From IMG/VR virus record IMGVR_UViG_3300034069_000585, positions 1-47,391 of that record: a stretch of 47,391 nucleotides of DNA, one strand, 5' to 3'. The translations under genes were made by a program, and so were the position numbers. Below the pieces are notes generated by a model. It made no database searches. It saw only the letters and a program-made list of their open reading frames with translations, and had not been told where the DNA came from. The stretch comes from a virus. Shown here one piece after another: positions 40,638-47,391 of this stretch (its first letter is position 1; each line of letters opens with the position of its first letter).

Positions 40638-43382
40638 TCAGCGCTCGTAACAACCTGCCGCACCAGTGCCGTCAGCAAGGCGGGCTTTGCCGTCCAGATC
40701 ATAGCTGAATACAGCGCCGGATACCGTGTCGGTGAACGCCTGATTGAACGCGGCGAAGACTGCCGGCACGCGGCTCGAAAGCGTGTTGGTGGTGCTGGCA
40801 AGGTGATAGTCGCCGCCGCCCGGATAGGTGGCCGCATCGTTGCGCAGCGCCTGATAATTGACGAACAGTGCCATGATATCCGAGAACGTCGACGACACCT
40901 GATACGTCGAATAGTCCGGCTCCCAAGCCATACCGAGATAGCTTGCCGCCAGATTGGGCGCGCTGCCGCTTAGCGACCCGAACAGCGAGATATTCGACCG
41001 CAATCCGACATGATAGCCGTAGCGCCAGTTGCCCGTATTGCCGGGATAGCCGGGGCTGAAACTATCGGTCTTGAGATTGTAATTCCCATAGACCGAGCCG
41101 ATGGACACGCCTTCCTTCGGCACGCCACGCATCGCCGACGTATCCGCGTACATGCGGCTACCACGGTTGCCGACGAATGTATTGTGCATGTCCAGCAGCT
41201 CGTAAACCGATGCCGTGGTGCCGTCTGCCGCCATGTTGAAAGCGACGATGCCGGAACCATTGCCGCGTGGTTCGCCAAGATTGTTAGCGATGACGGTGGG
41301 ACGGGTCTTGGACAGCAGGCTGAGCGCCGGTCCGACCTGATAGCGCCACTCGTTGGCGACCCAGAAATAGCCATCGGTGTATGCCGGCATCGACGTAGTA
41401 GCGTCGGTTGGCGTCGACGACCGATTAGCCACGAAGATTTGCGCGGCAGACGGATCACCTCCCTGCGGCTGCACATTGCCTAGCGCCAGCGCCATGCCCT
41501 GCACCGTCGTGCCGCCCGAAACCATGTTCAGGACGTTGCCGAGGGTCGAAGTGACGTTGCTGCGATACTGGATGCTCCAGCCCCGGATGCCTTCACCGCC
41601 AGCGATGTTGAACCCGGCGGATGGGGCCTCATAGATGCAGCTTTCCAAGCTAAGCATGGACGCATTCGACGCGGCGTCGCCATCTTGGAAAGTCGTCTGG
41701 TTTGTACCGCCCGGCTTGATCGTCAGGCCGACAGCGCGGGTCATAGACGGGATATTGATCACCGTTCCCTTGCCGGTCCACTTCACGGGTGCCGTGACGG
41801 CAGGGTCAGCCAAGATTTCGCACCATGTTGCGCCCGGAGCAGAGGCATTCGAGATGTTGGCAGTCGGCCCGTACTCGATCGTGGTCCCGCTGTTGTTGCC
41901 CAGGTAGATGCGGCCGCCGGCATAGTCGTCATGACCGCGCGCAGCGTTATAGGCCCGGATGCCTGCGAATGCGGCTTGGACCGTCGAGTAGGGGGTCGAC
42001 TTCGCAGCCGCCAAGGTCGACGCGACAGCGCCCGTGCCGGTCGCGTTGGCATCCAGATACGCTACGCCGCTGTAGGTGCCTGCCTTGTCGTTGAAAAACC
42101 GCAAGCGGGTATGCGGGGTGGCGTCCACGATACGGGTCAGGCCCGTGTAGAGGCCGTCGACCGACAGGTCGTACACCGCGCTCGCGTCACCGATCCACGG
42201 ATAGACCTTGGCATTGGCATAACACAATTCGCCCTGCGCCAGCGCCGTGACAGGGATCGTCGCCTTGAACGCCTCGACCTTCGGCGCGCCGGTGGCCGTC
42301 ACGAAAGCGGAAAGGCTGGTAGCAACCGCTGTCCGCTCCGCCGACACATTGCCGGTCGTGTCCCGCGCCTGGAACTTGATGCCGGCCACTTGCCGGCCAC
42401 CCATAGCGTGGCGATGAAAGGCGATCATCTCGACCGGGAAGTCGCCGGTTGCCCGCAGATGCTGGTGGTTGAGCCAAGTTGCGGTCGGCTTGCGATAGGC
42501 ATAGGTGGACGCGTTGGTCAGCGTCGATGCCGACGACGCATTCGATACGGCGCTACCGTTGGTATAGAAGCCCGCCGCAACCTTTGCGGACACGATGGTA
42601 GTGCCGGCGTAGATCACATCGGCCAGAGCGATCAGCACCACGAAATCGCTGCCGGATTGCGTGATGAAACGGCCATTCACGTCGGTCGATGCCGTCTTGT
42701 ACTGCTTGCGCATCAAGGCGCGGCCCTTGATCTTGCGATAGACGGTGGTCGCCACGATCGCACCGCCGCTGTCGCGGAAGCCGGGGTCGCTGACCAGCAA
42801 CTCCAGCTTTTGACAGTTGAAGAACCCGTCGCTGGTGTTGTCCGCAGCGGGTGCGGTCATGCCCTTGATCGTCACTTCGGCGACCCAGCCGTTGCCGTCA
42901 ATGCCGACCGCAGGAGAGCCGCTGTCTGGGTCCATCTGGGTAGCGTCACGGACGCGGAAAGCGGTCATGTCGCCAGCGGCCGACGAAACCGACGAGATGA
43001 CAACGCTAGTCGCCATGGTGGACGCGCTGCCGCTGCTGTCCGTTACGGTGATGACAAGGCCGCTCATGGTGCCTGCGACAGTCGGCGTGCCGGTGATCGC
43101 GCCCGTGGTGGTGTTGAACGACAGGCCGCCGAGCAGCGTACCCGACGACAGCGTGAAAGCCTTGGTGCCCGAACCCTTCGCCACGGTCGGCGTGAAGCTG
43201 TAGGCGGTGCCGACCTGTCCGGTCGTCGGCGGCGTGCCGGTGATCGTCACCTTGTTCGCATTTTCCAGCGCGGAGATGCGGGCGAGCGCTGCGTTCAGGT
43301 CGTTGCGCAGCGAGGAGGTGGAAGCGCGCGCCGTGGGATCGCCGCCGATCGTGTCAATGATGGTGCTGGTAATTTCGGTCAT
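40638..43382 (-). CDS. large tailspike-like protein: N-terminal coiled coil, He_PIG-type Ig domain, beta-helix-like body (914 aa)
   Basis: ITGTPPTTGQVGTAYSFTPTV...GLSFNTTTGAITGTPTVAG is the putative-Ig (He_PIG) motif. The remainder is G/N/S/T-rich and repetitive, as in parallel beta-helix depolymerases. Confidence 0.65.
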   Translation of the reverse strand: MTEITSTIIDTIGGDPTARASTSSLRNDLNAALARISALENANKVTITGTPPTTGQVGTAYSFTPTVAKGSGTKAFTLSSGTLLGGLSFNTTTGAITGTPTVAGTMSGLVITVTDSSGSASTMATSVVISSVSSAAGDMTAFRVRDATQMDPDSGSPAVGIDGNGWVAEVTIKGMTAPAADNTSDGFFNCQKLELLVSDPGFRDSGGAIVATTVYRKIKGRALMRKQYKTASTDVNGRFITQSGSDFVVLIALADVIYAGTTIVSAKVAAGFYTNGSAVSNASSASTLTNASTYAYRKPTATWLNHQHLRATGDFPVEMIAFHRHAMGGRQVAGIKFQARDTTGNVSAERTAVATSLSAFVTATGAPKVEAFKATIPVTALAQGELCYANAKVYPWIGDASAVYDLSVDGLYTGLTRIVDATPHTRLRFFNDKAGTYSGVAYLDANATGTGAVASTLAAAKSTPYSTVQAAFAGIRAYNAARGHDDYAGGRIYLGNNSGTTIEYGPTANISNASAPGATWCEILADPAVTAPVKWTGKGTVINIPSMTRAVGLTIKPGGTNQTTFQDGDAASNASMLSLESCIYEAPSAGFNIAGGEGIRGWSIQYRSNVTSTLGNVLNMVSGGTTVQGMALALGNVQPQGGDPSAAQIFVANRSSTPTDATTSMPAYTDGYFWVANEWRYQVGPALSLLSKTRPTVIANNLGEPRGNGSGIVAFNMAADGTTASVYELLDMHNTFVGNRGSRMYADTSAMRGVPKEGVSIGSVYGNYNLKTDSFSPGYPGNTGNWRYGYHVGLRSNISLFGSLSGSAPNLAASYLGMAWEPDYSTYQVSSTFSDIMALFVNYQALRNDAATYPGGGDYHLASTTNTLSSRVPAVFAAFNQAFTDTVSGAVFSYDLDGKARLADGTGAAGCYER

Positions 43383-43615
43383 GCGTTGGCTCCATAGGTC
43401 AGCGGCTCGCCCTGATAGGTCAGGTTTTGCCCTTGATAGGTCAGGACGTTCGTGGGGGCAGGCGGATTTTCCAGATCGTCGATCCGCTTCCGCAGCGCGG
43501 CAAGGCCGGTCGTCTCGCTGCTGACAAGGCCCACCACCGCGTCCAGAAAGCCGGAGAAGCGTTGCGCGTTCACCGTTACCGTGTCGGTTGGGCCATATGC
43601 GGGATCGTCAGCCAA
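43379..43615 (-). CDS. small coiled-coil protein with C-terminal heptapeptide repeats (78 aa)
   Basis: TTG start that overlaps the upstream stop by 8 nt. ...LAALRKRIDDLEN... then LTYQGQN LTYQGEP LTYGANA. Confidence 0.5.
   Translation of the reverse strand: MADDPAYGPTDTVTVNAQRFSGFLDAVVGLVSSETTGLAALRKRIDDLENPPAPTNVLTYQGQNLTYQGEPLTYGANA
43382..43444 (-). repeat. 3 x 21-bp imperfect tandem repeat encoding LTYQGxx heptapeptides
   Basis: ataggtcag recurs at 43394, 43415 and 43436, an exact 21-nt period. Confidence 0.85.
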
Positions 43616-43889
43616 TTTGCGCCTCCAATGCTGATACTCGTTTCTCTAGGGCTATGCGCCGATCGCGAACCGCCGCGCTACGGTCGCGCAAGGCGGCCAC
43701 GCGCGGATACAGCGGCACGTAGATGGCGGGCTCGCCGGCTACGACCGCCGATGGCAGCGTCGACGACGCCAAGGTGTTCTTGACCGTGTTGATGCTTGGC
43801 AGCGGTGGAACCATGATGTCGCCGAACAGCGTTCCATCCTTGCCCACCTCGTAGAGCGTGAACGATCGGGCTTTAGGGGCAAGGGCCAT
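43608..43889 (-). CDS. small protein with C-terminal coiled coil (93 aa)
   Basis: GGAGGAACCACG before ATG 43889. Ends ...RIALEKRVSALEAQIG. Confidence 0.55.
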   Translation of the reverse strand: MALAPKARSFTLYEVGKDGTLFGDIMVPPLPSINTVKNTLASSTLPSAVVAGEPAIYVPLYPRVAALRDRSAAVRDRRIALEKRVSALEAQIG

Positions 43890-43943
43890 CGTGGTTCCTC
43901 CGTTGCGGCCTTTTCGCCTTTTCCGCGCCGCGCCGCAATGGCT

Positions 43944-44810
43944 CTATCGGCGCACGACTTGCCGCACGTTACGACCGATCTCGTCCAGCGTCCTGCCGCT
44001 GATCACGGCGTCCCATATGTCGCGGCCGGCGCGCTCGGTCTGGATCGGGTTGACCGGGGGCAGGCCGGGAAGGCGGGGCTGCGGCGTGCCGTCCGATCCG
44101 GTCGGCCGGTTCGTCTCCTCGACCATCGCCGCCAGTTGCTGCCCGATCGGCGCGGACGGCGGGGCGAACACGGGCGGGCCAAGTCGCTCGATCCGCCATG
44201 CGAGTTCATCTTCCGACGTGATGCCGTCGCGGTAGCGGGCGAGCTGAGATCGCGACATCTGCCCGACGCTGCACCGGCAACGGAAGCCGAGCGGGGGCCA
44301 GTAGGTGCGCCAGAACGGATGGCTGACCGGCAACACGATGCCGTCCCAGGCGCGGTGATCTTCCTCGCTCTTCGGGGGGTGCCGCACGCGGCTATCGCCG
44401 ACCGTGAACGCGCGCAGATACGGATACAGGCCCTCGCTTGCCTGGACGTGGTTCCAGCGCCCCGCCGCGCGCGCCAGCCGCAGGTTCGTGTCGTAGATCA
44501 GCCGCACCCGATTGCCGATCTTGCCCTCGTCGCCGCCAAGCCAACCCTTTTCCTTGAGGATCGGCATGACCAGCTTCGCGAAGTCCTGCTCGCTCCCGCT
44601 GCGCTCAACCACATCGACCATGGCGTAATACAGGTCGTCGGCGATGTCGGTCCCGGCCGTCTGCGCGGCGGTGAAGGCGCGGGCATATTCGTCGCTGCCG
44701 ATTTCGTCGAACATGCCGATCGCGCGCGGTTCCTTGCCGAGCAGCCATTCGAGGATGTCGGGTGCCGCCAGTTGCAGCGGATAGAGCGTGGCGGGTGATC
44801 GCGTGGGCAT
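43944..44810 (-). CDS. head morphogenesis protein, MuF / SPP1 gp7 family
   Basis: 288 aa. RLIYDTNLRLARAAGRWNH...HRAWDGIVLPVSHPFWRTYWPPLGFRCRCSV is the Phage_Mu_F core. Confidence 0.85.
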   Translation of the reverse strand: MPTRSPATLYPLQLAAPDILEWLLGKEPRAIGMFDEIGSDEYARAFTAAQTAGTDIADDLYYAMVDVVERSGSEQDFAKLVMPILKEKGWLGGDEGKIGNRVRLIYDTNLRLARAAGRWNHVQASEGLYPYLRAFTVGDSRVRHPPKSEEDHRAWDGIVLPVSHPFWRTYWPPLGFRCRCSVGQMSRSQLARYRDGITSEDELAWRIERLGPPVFAPPSAPIGQQLAAMVEETNRPTGSDGTPQPRLPGLPPVNPIQTERAGRDIWDAVISGRTLDEIGRNVRQVVRR

Positions 44811-44827
44811 GGCCCCAGATACAGCAA

Positions 44828-44853
44828 CGGCCGCCCTATCGCTAGGGCGGCCG
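44828..44853 (-). terminator. 11-bp GC-rich hairpin with GNRA loop directly 3' of the tRNA-like element
   Basis: Minus strand reads CGGCCGCCCTA-GCGA-TAGGGCGGCCG then TTGCTGT. It ends 17 nt before the MuF ATG. Confidence 0.45.
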
Positions 44854-44857
44854 GTGG

Positions 44858-44935
44858 TGGCGGGCCGGTCAGGACTCGAACCTGCATTTCCGGGAGTGGC
44901 CCCGGCGTCCTTATACCGTTTGAACGACGCGACCC
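44858..44935 (-). ncRNA. tRNA-like element or degenerate tRNA (non-canonical anticodon arm)
   Basis: Minus strand: GGGTCGC...GCAGGTTCGAGTCCTGA CCGGCCC G CCA. It has a perfect T-loop GGTTCGAGTCC, a 6/7 acceptor stem, a 4-bp D stem with GG in the loop and an encoded CCA. The anticodon arm is 16 nt (5-bp stem, 6-nt loop) and there are mismatches at 7:66 and 49:65. Confidence 0.4.
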
Positions 44936-45022
44936 ATTTACCCGCTGCCCTGCAATCGCATCACCGATCACCACAGGGCAGCGAGTTGCGCCGTGTTATG
45001 GGGGCGGCGTCCCCCGGTCAAG

Positions 45023-45172
45023 TCAGCAGGTTCGGTTTTCACCGGGTCGGGGCGTGCAATCGTCCTGATTGGGCGGGGAATGCGTCGGCGTCGGCGCGGG
45101 CTGGGGCCGCTTGTCGTCGCAGGCAGCGACCATCGAAACGGCGAGAATGAGGAGCGCAAAGGGGAGGCGCAT
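45023..45172 (-). CDS. small proline-rich lipoprotein (49 aa precursor), moron-like
   Basis: AGGAGA, 6 nt, ATG at 45172. MRLPFALLILAVSMVAAC has a signal peptide with lipobox VAAC. The mature 32 aa contain 9 Pro and 2 further Cys. Confidence 0.6.
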   Translation of the reverse strand: MRLPFALLILAVSMVAACDDKRPQPAPTPTHSPPNQDDCTPRPGENRTC

Positions 45173-45232
45173 CGGTCTGTCTCCTGTCGCGGGGTGCGAC
45201 GCGGTGACGATGCCTTGCCGGGATGCGATAGG

Positions 45233-45270
45233 CAAGCAAAAGGCCCCGCCATAAGGGGATGGCGAGGCCT
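45233..45270 (-). terminator. intrinsic terminator T2 downstream of the portal gene
   Basis: Minus strand reads AGGCC.CGCCAT-loop-ATGGCG.GGCCT then TTTTGCTT. Confidence 0.55.
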
Positions 45271-45352
45271 TCCGCGAGGAACACCGGGGAGGTGTTGGCA
45301 ATGGTATGCGCTCGGCGTTATGAGCCGTCAAGCGCCGTCAGAACCTGCCGGA

Positions 45353-45390
45353 CAAGAGAAAGGCGGCACCCCCTGCAAGGGATGCCGCCT
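45353..45390 (-). terminator. intrinsic terminator T1, about 50 nt after the portal stop
   Basis: Minus strand reads AGGCGGCA-(inner CCC/GGG)-TGCCGCCT then TTCTCTTG. Confidence 0.55.
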
Positions 45391-45437
45391 CAACTGGCGT
45401 TCGAAAGATGCGCGCAGCCCCTATGCGCCGGCTGCGA

Positions 45438-47391
45438 TCAGCCGTCAACCCGATCTTCCAGCCCGATCGCCGCCGCGCCGCGCTCCGCCAGCAAGGGCAG
45501 TGCCAGCGCCTTCGCCAGCGCGGACGGATCGAACCGCTCGACCGCCTCCAGCAACGCGATCCGCGCGCCTTCGATGGTTGTCACGCCCTGCATGTTGCCG
45601 CGCATCGCGTTGCCGATGGCTTCGAACAGCGGGGATGCGTCACCGGCCGACGCCTCAATCAGGCGGTCGATCGCGTCCTGATCTTCGGCGGAGAAGGCGT
45701 GGAACTCGTCGCCGGCAGGCTTGTCGATTGCCTCGAATATCTCAGGGCCGAACTTGAGTGCGCCGATGAACGGCTCGACCTTGGAAAGATCGAAGTCGGC
45801 TGGCACGTCGTAGCTGATCGTGATGTGCGGCTTGTAATCGGGATAGTCCGACGACGCGCCGCGCTCAATCATACCTTCGTGACGATACCGCAGCGATGTG
45901 TCGGTGAAGCGCAGCACGATCGCATCGCCGAACCGCTCAACGAAGCGCGGCCCGCCCTCGGCCACTTCCAGCGCCGCCCAATCCCAGCCCTCGCCGGCCA
46001 TGCCAAACCAATCGACCGCCGCTTTAGAATAGAGAACGGTGACATGCAGATCATCGGCGGGGACGGTTGGCGTCAGGCCCTGCGCCTTTGCCCAAGCGAT
46101 AAGGGGACCAGGATTGAGCAGTTTGCGATGCACGTAGAGCGGTGCAAACGAACTACCGCCTTGCGCCGCGAACTCAGCGATCTGGCGTTCGCTACGGTCG
46201 GGCCGCTGCCCGGCCTTGGCGATCACAAGCGCCGCATCCCGCTTCGCCTGTTCCTCCGTCGAGACGCGATCGACCTCGTAGCCATCGCCGTACACCTCCG
46301 CGACGCTTTCCTCAGTCCGCTTGATGCCGATGCCGTTCAGCTTCACGTCGCGCTCGGCCACCGTGGACATATCCTCCGCGTCGTCCAGCACGCGATAGAC
46401 GGTCGGCGGGGCCACGTCCGGCCCATGGTTCCAGAGCGTGACCCACCGCGCGAAGGTCCGGTTGATCGCCTCGGAAATCAGATCGCTGTCGGCCTTGACG
46501 ATTTCCGCCTTGACGCTGGCGTGTTCGGTCGCCTGATTGTTGTTCAGGCCCGACGACACGCCCTTGGTTGTGCCGGCCTGCCCCAGCACGACGCGCATGG
46601 TGGCCTCCTCGGCCCACTTGACCATTTCGTCATACGACGCGGCGCTCGATCCGCTGCGCGTCGCCTCCATGATCTTGATGCGCTCGTTCTTGATTGTGCC
46701 CTCCGGCAACAGCACGGCGCTATCCCGGCCGACCGCGACCGCCGCCTGTAGCAACTCGGCCTTGCGCTTGCCGTCGCCCTTCTCCGCCTCCGTGAACTCG
46801 ATCGCGACAGTCGGTTGCCCCAGCTTCTCAAGGAACAGGGACCAGAACTTGAGGCCAGCGCGCTTGAAGAACACGGGCCAATAGAGCCAATGCCCCAGCC
46901 CCAGGCCATAGAAGGCGAAATCGTGCGTGCCGCCGGTGCGAACGGTCAGGAACTTGTTCGGCAGCAGCGTTTCGCCCGACAGCCCACCGCCGATGCGCGA
47001 TACCATCCGCAGCTCGCCCTTGAGCGTGAAGCCGAACCAGCGGCGATCGGGGATCACCACGTCGTCCAGCCACACGATCGGACGGCCGTCGTGATCCTTT
47101 GTCGTCCAAATCGCCTCCGCCACCGCGTAGCCGAAGAACACGGCGTAATGCAGCAGGCCGGTGATGCGGTCGAACCCCACCTGCTTGAGCATGTCGCGGA
47201 ACTGCTCGGCCGCCAACACGGAGCGCGGATCATCCTTGTCGCCCGGCGCTACCTCCCAATCCCGCGACGTGATCGCAAGCCGGCGCTGTTGCAGCGTCGA
47301 GAACACGGTATCGTCGGACAGAAGCTGCTCGTACAGCTTCAAGCCCTCCGCGCCCTTGAGCAACATCGGATCGTCGTTCTGCGCCAGCGCG
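45438..47391 (-). CDS. portal protein (Mu gp29/DUF935-like) fused in frame to a C-terminal 2H phosphoesterase domain; main part of the junction-spanning gene (715 codons in total)
   Basis: The frame is open from the window end to the stop at 45438. The N-terminal ~400 aa look portal-like (position after terL, size, DUF935-like pattern). The C-terminal part is described as a separate feature. Confidence 0.8.
   Translation of the reverse strand, partial: ALAQNDDPMLLKGAEGLKLYEQLLSDDTVFSTLQQRRLAITSRDWEVAPGDKDDPRSVLAAEQFRDMLKQVGFDRITGLLHYAVFFGYAVAEAIWTTKDHDGRPIVWLDDVVIPDRRWFGFTLKGELRMVSRIGGGLSGETLLPNKFLTVRTGGTHDFAFYGLGLGHWLYWPVFFKRAGLKFWSLFLEKLGQPTVAIEFTEAEKGDGKRKAELLQAAVAVGRDSAVLLPEGTIKNERIKIMEATRSGSSAASYDEMVKWAEEATMRVVLGQAGTTKGVSSGLNNNQATEHASVKAEIVKADSDLISEAINRTFARWVTLWNHGPDVAPPTVYRVLDDAEDMSTVAERDVKLNGIGIKRTEESVAEVYGDGYEVDRVSTEEQAKRDAALVIAKAGQRPDRSERQIAEFAAQGGSSFAPLYVHRKLLNPGPLIAWAKAQGLTPTVPADDLHVTVLYSKAAVDWFGMAGEGWDWAALEVAEGGPRFVERFGDAIVLRFTDTSLRYRHEGMIERGASSDYPDYKPHITISYDVPADFDLSKVEPFIGALKFGPEIFEAIDKPAGDEFHAFSAEDQDAIDRLIEASAGDASPLFEAIGNAMRGNMQGVTTIEGARIALLEAVERFDPSALAKALALPLLAERGAAAIGLEDRVDG
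45720..46148 (-). other. 2H phosphoesterase (LigT / 2',5' RNA ligase / Acb1-type) domain inside the portal ORF
   Basis: Two H-x-T-x motifs after hydrophobic strands: ADDLHVTVLYSK (His codon 46044-46046) and YKPHITISYD (His codon 45825-45827), 73 residues apart. It begins with an APLYVHRKL strand. Confidence 0.65.
47251..47391. repeat. terminal overlap copy B, identical to 1-141
   Basis: Same 141 bases as the window start. The portal reading frame runs straight through it. Confidence 0.95.

Noticed and set aside
41685-43397. 570-aa plus-strand ORF opposite the 914-aa tailspike-like gene
   Set aside because: It is a shadow ORF with R/G/A-rich translation. The opposite frame has clear Ig and beta-helix features and translational coupling to its neighbours.
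44858-44935. Calling this a bona fide tRNA gene or an attP core
   Set aside because: The anticodon arm is one nucleotide short and there are two stem mismatches, so no anticodon can be assigned. No integrase exists anywhere in the closed genome, so an attP role is unsupported. It is kept only as a tRNA-like element.
1-47391. Transposable Mu-like phage, diversity-generating retroelement, retron or CRISPR-associated content
   Set aside because: No DDE transposase or MuB, no reverse transcriptase, no template/variable repeat pair and no repeat-spacer array were seen in any frame. The ends are a simple 141-bp overlap, not host flanks.

Overview
The window is one complete, circularly closing phage genome. 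The unit length is 47,250 bp, and bases 1-141 recur exactly at 47251-47391. It is a high-GC tailed phage of siphovirus type, with a tape measure protein, a tail tube protein and a G/G-T chaperone pair with a GGGAAAC -1 slippery site. The head module is Mu-like: DUF935 portal, MuF, gpI-type protease/scaffold, DUF1320 and a gpG-like morphogenesis protein. No transposase, integrase, CI-type repressor or partition gene is visible. A GapR/DUF2312 homologue, a CcrM-class orphan methyltransferase and the GC content suggest an alphaproteobacterial host. Nearly all genes lie on the minus strand, running 12515->1, across the junction, then 47250->16701. There are three plus-strand blocks: a RecT/exonuclease recombination module (12607-16717), a free-standing low-GC HNH gene (19309-19797), and an 11-gene micro-operon embedded backwards in the structural region (34693-36931). 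The features most worth follow-up are: (1) the portal ORF carries an in-frame C-terminal 2H phosphoesterase domain with two HxTx motifs (LigT/Acb1-type); (2) a 627-bp moron-like gap between portal and MuF holds tandem intrinsic terminators, a 49-aa proline-rich lipoprotein and a degenerate tRNA-like element; (3) about 7 kb encoding two very large depolymerase-like proteins splits the Mu-like head module; (4) a TGT-fold, DpdA-like early protein has no preQ0 synthesis genes nearby; (5) the backwards micro-operon itself. All functional calls come from reading motifs by eye. No database search was run.
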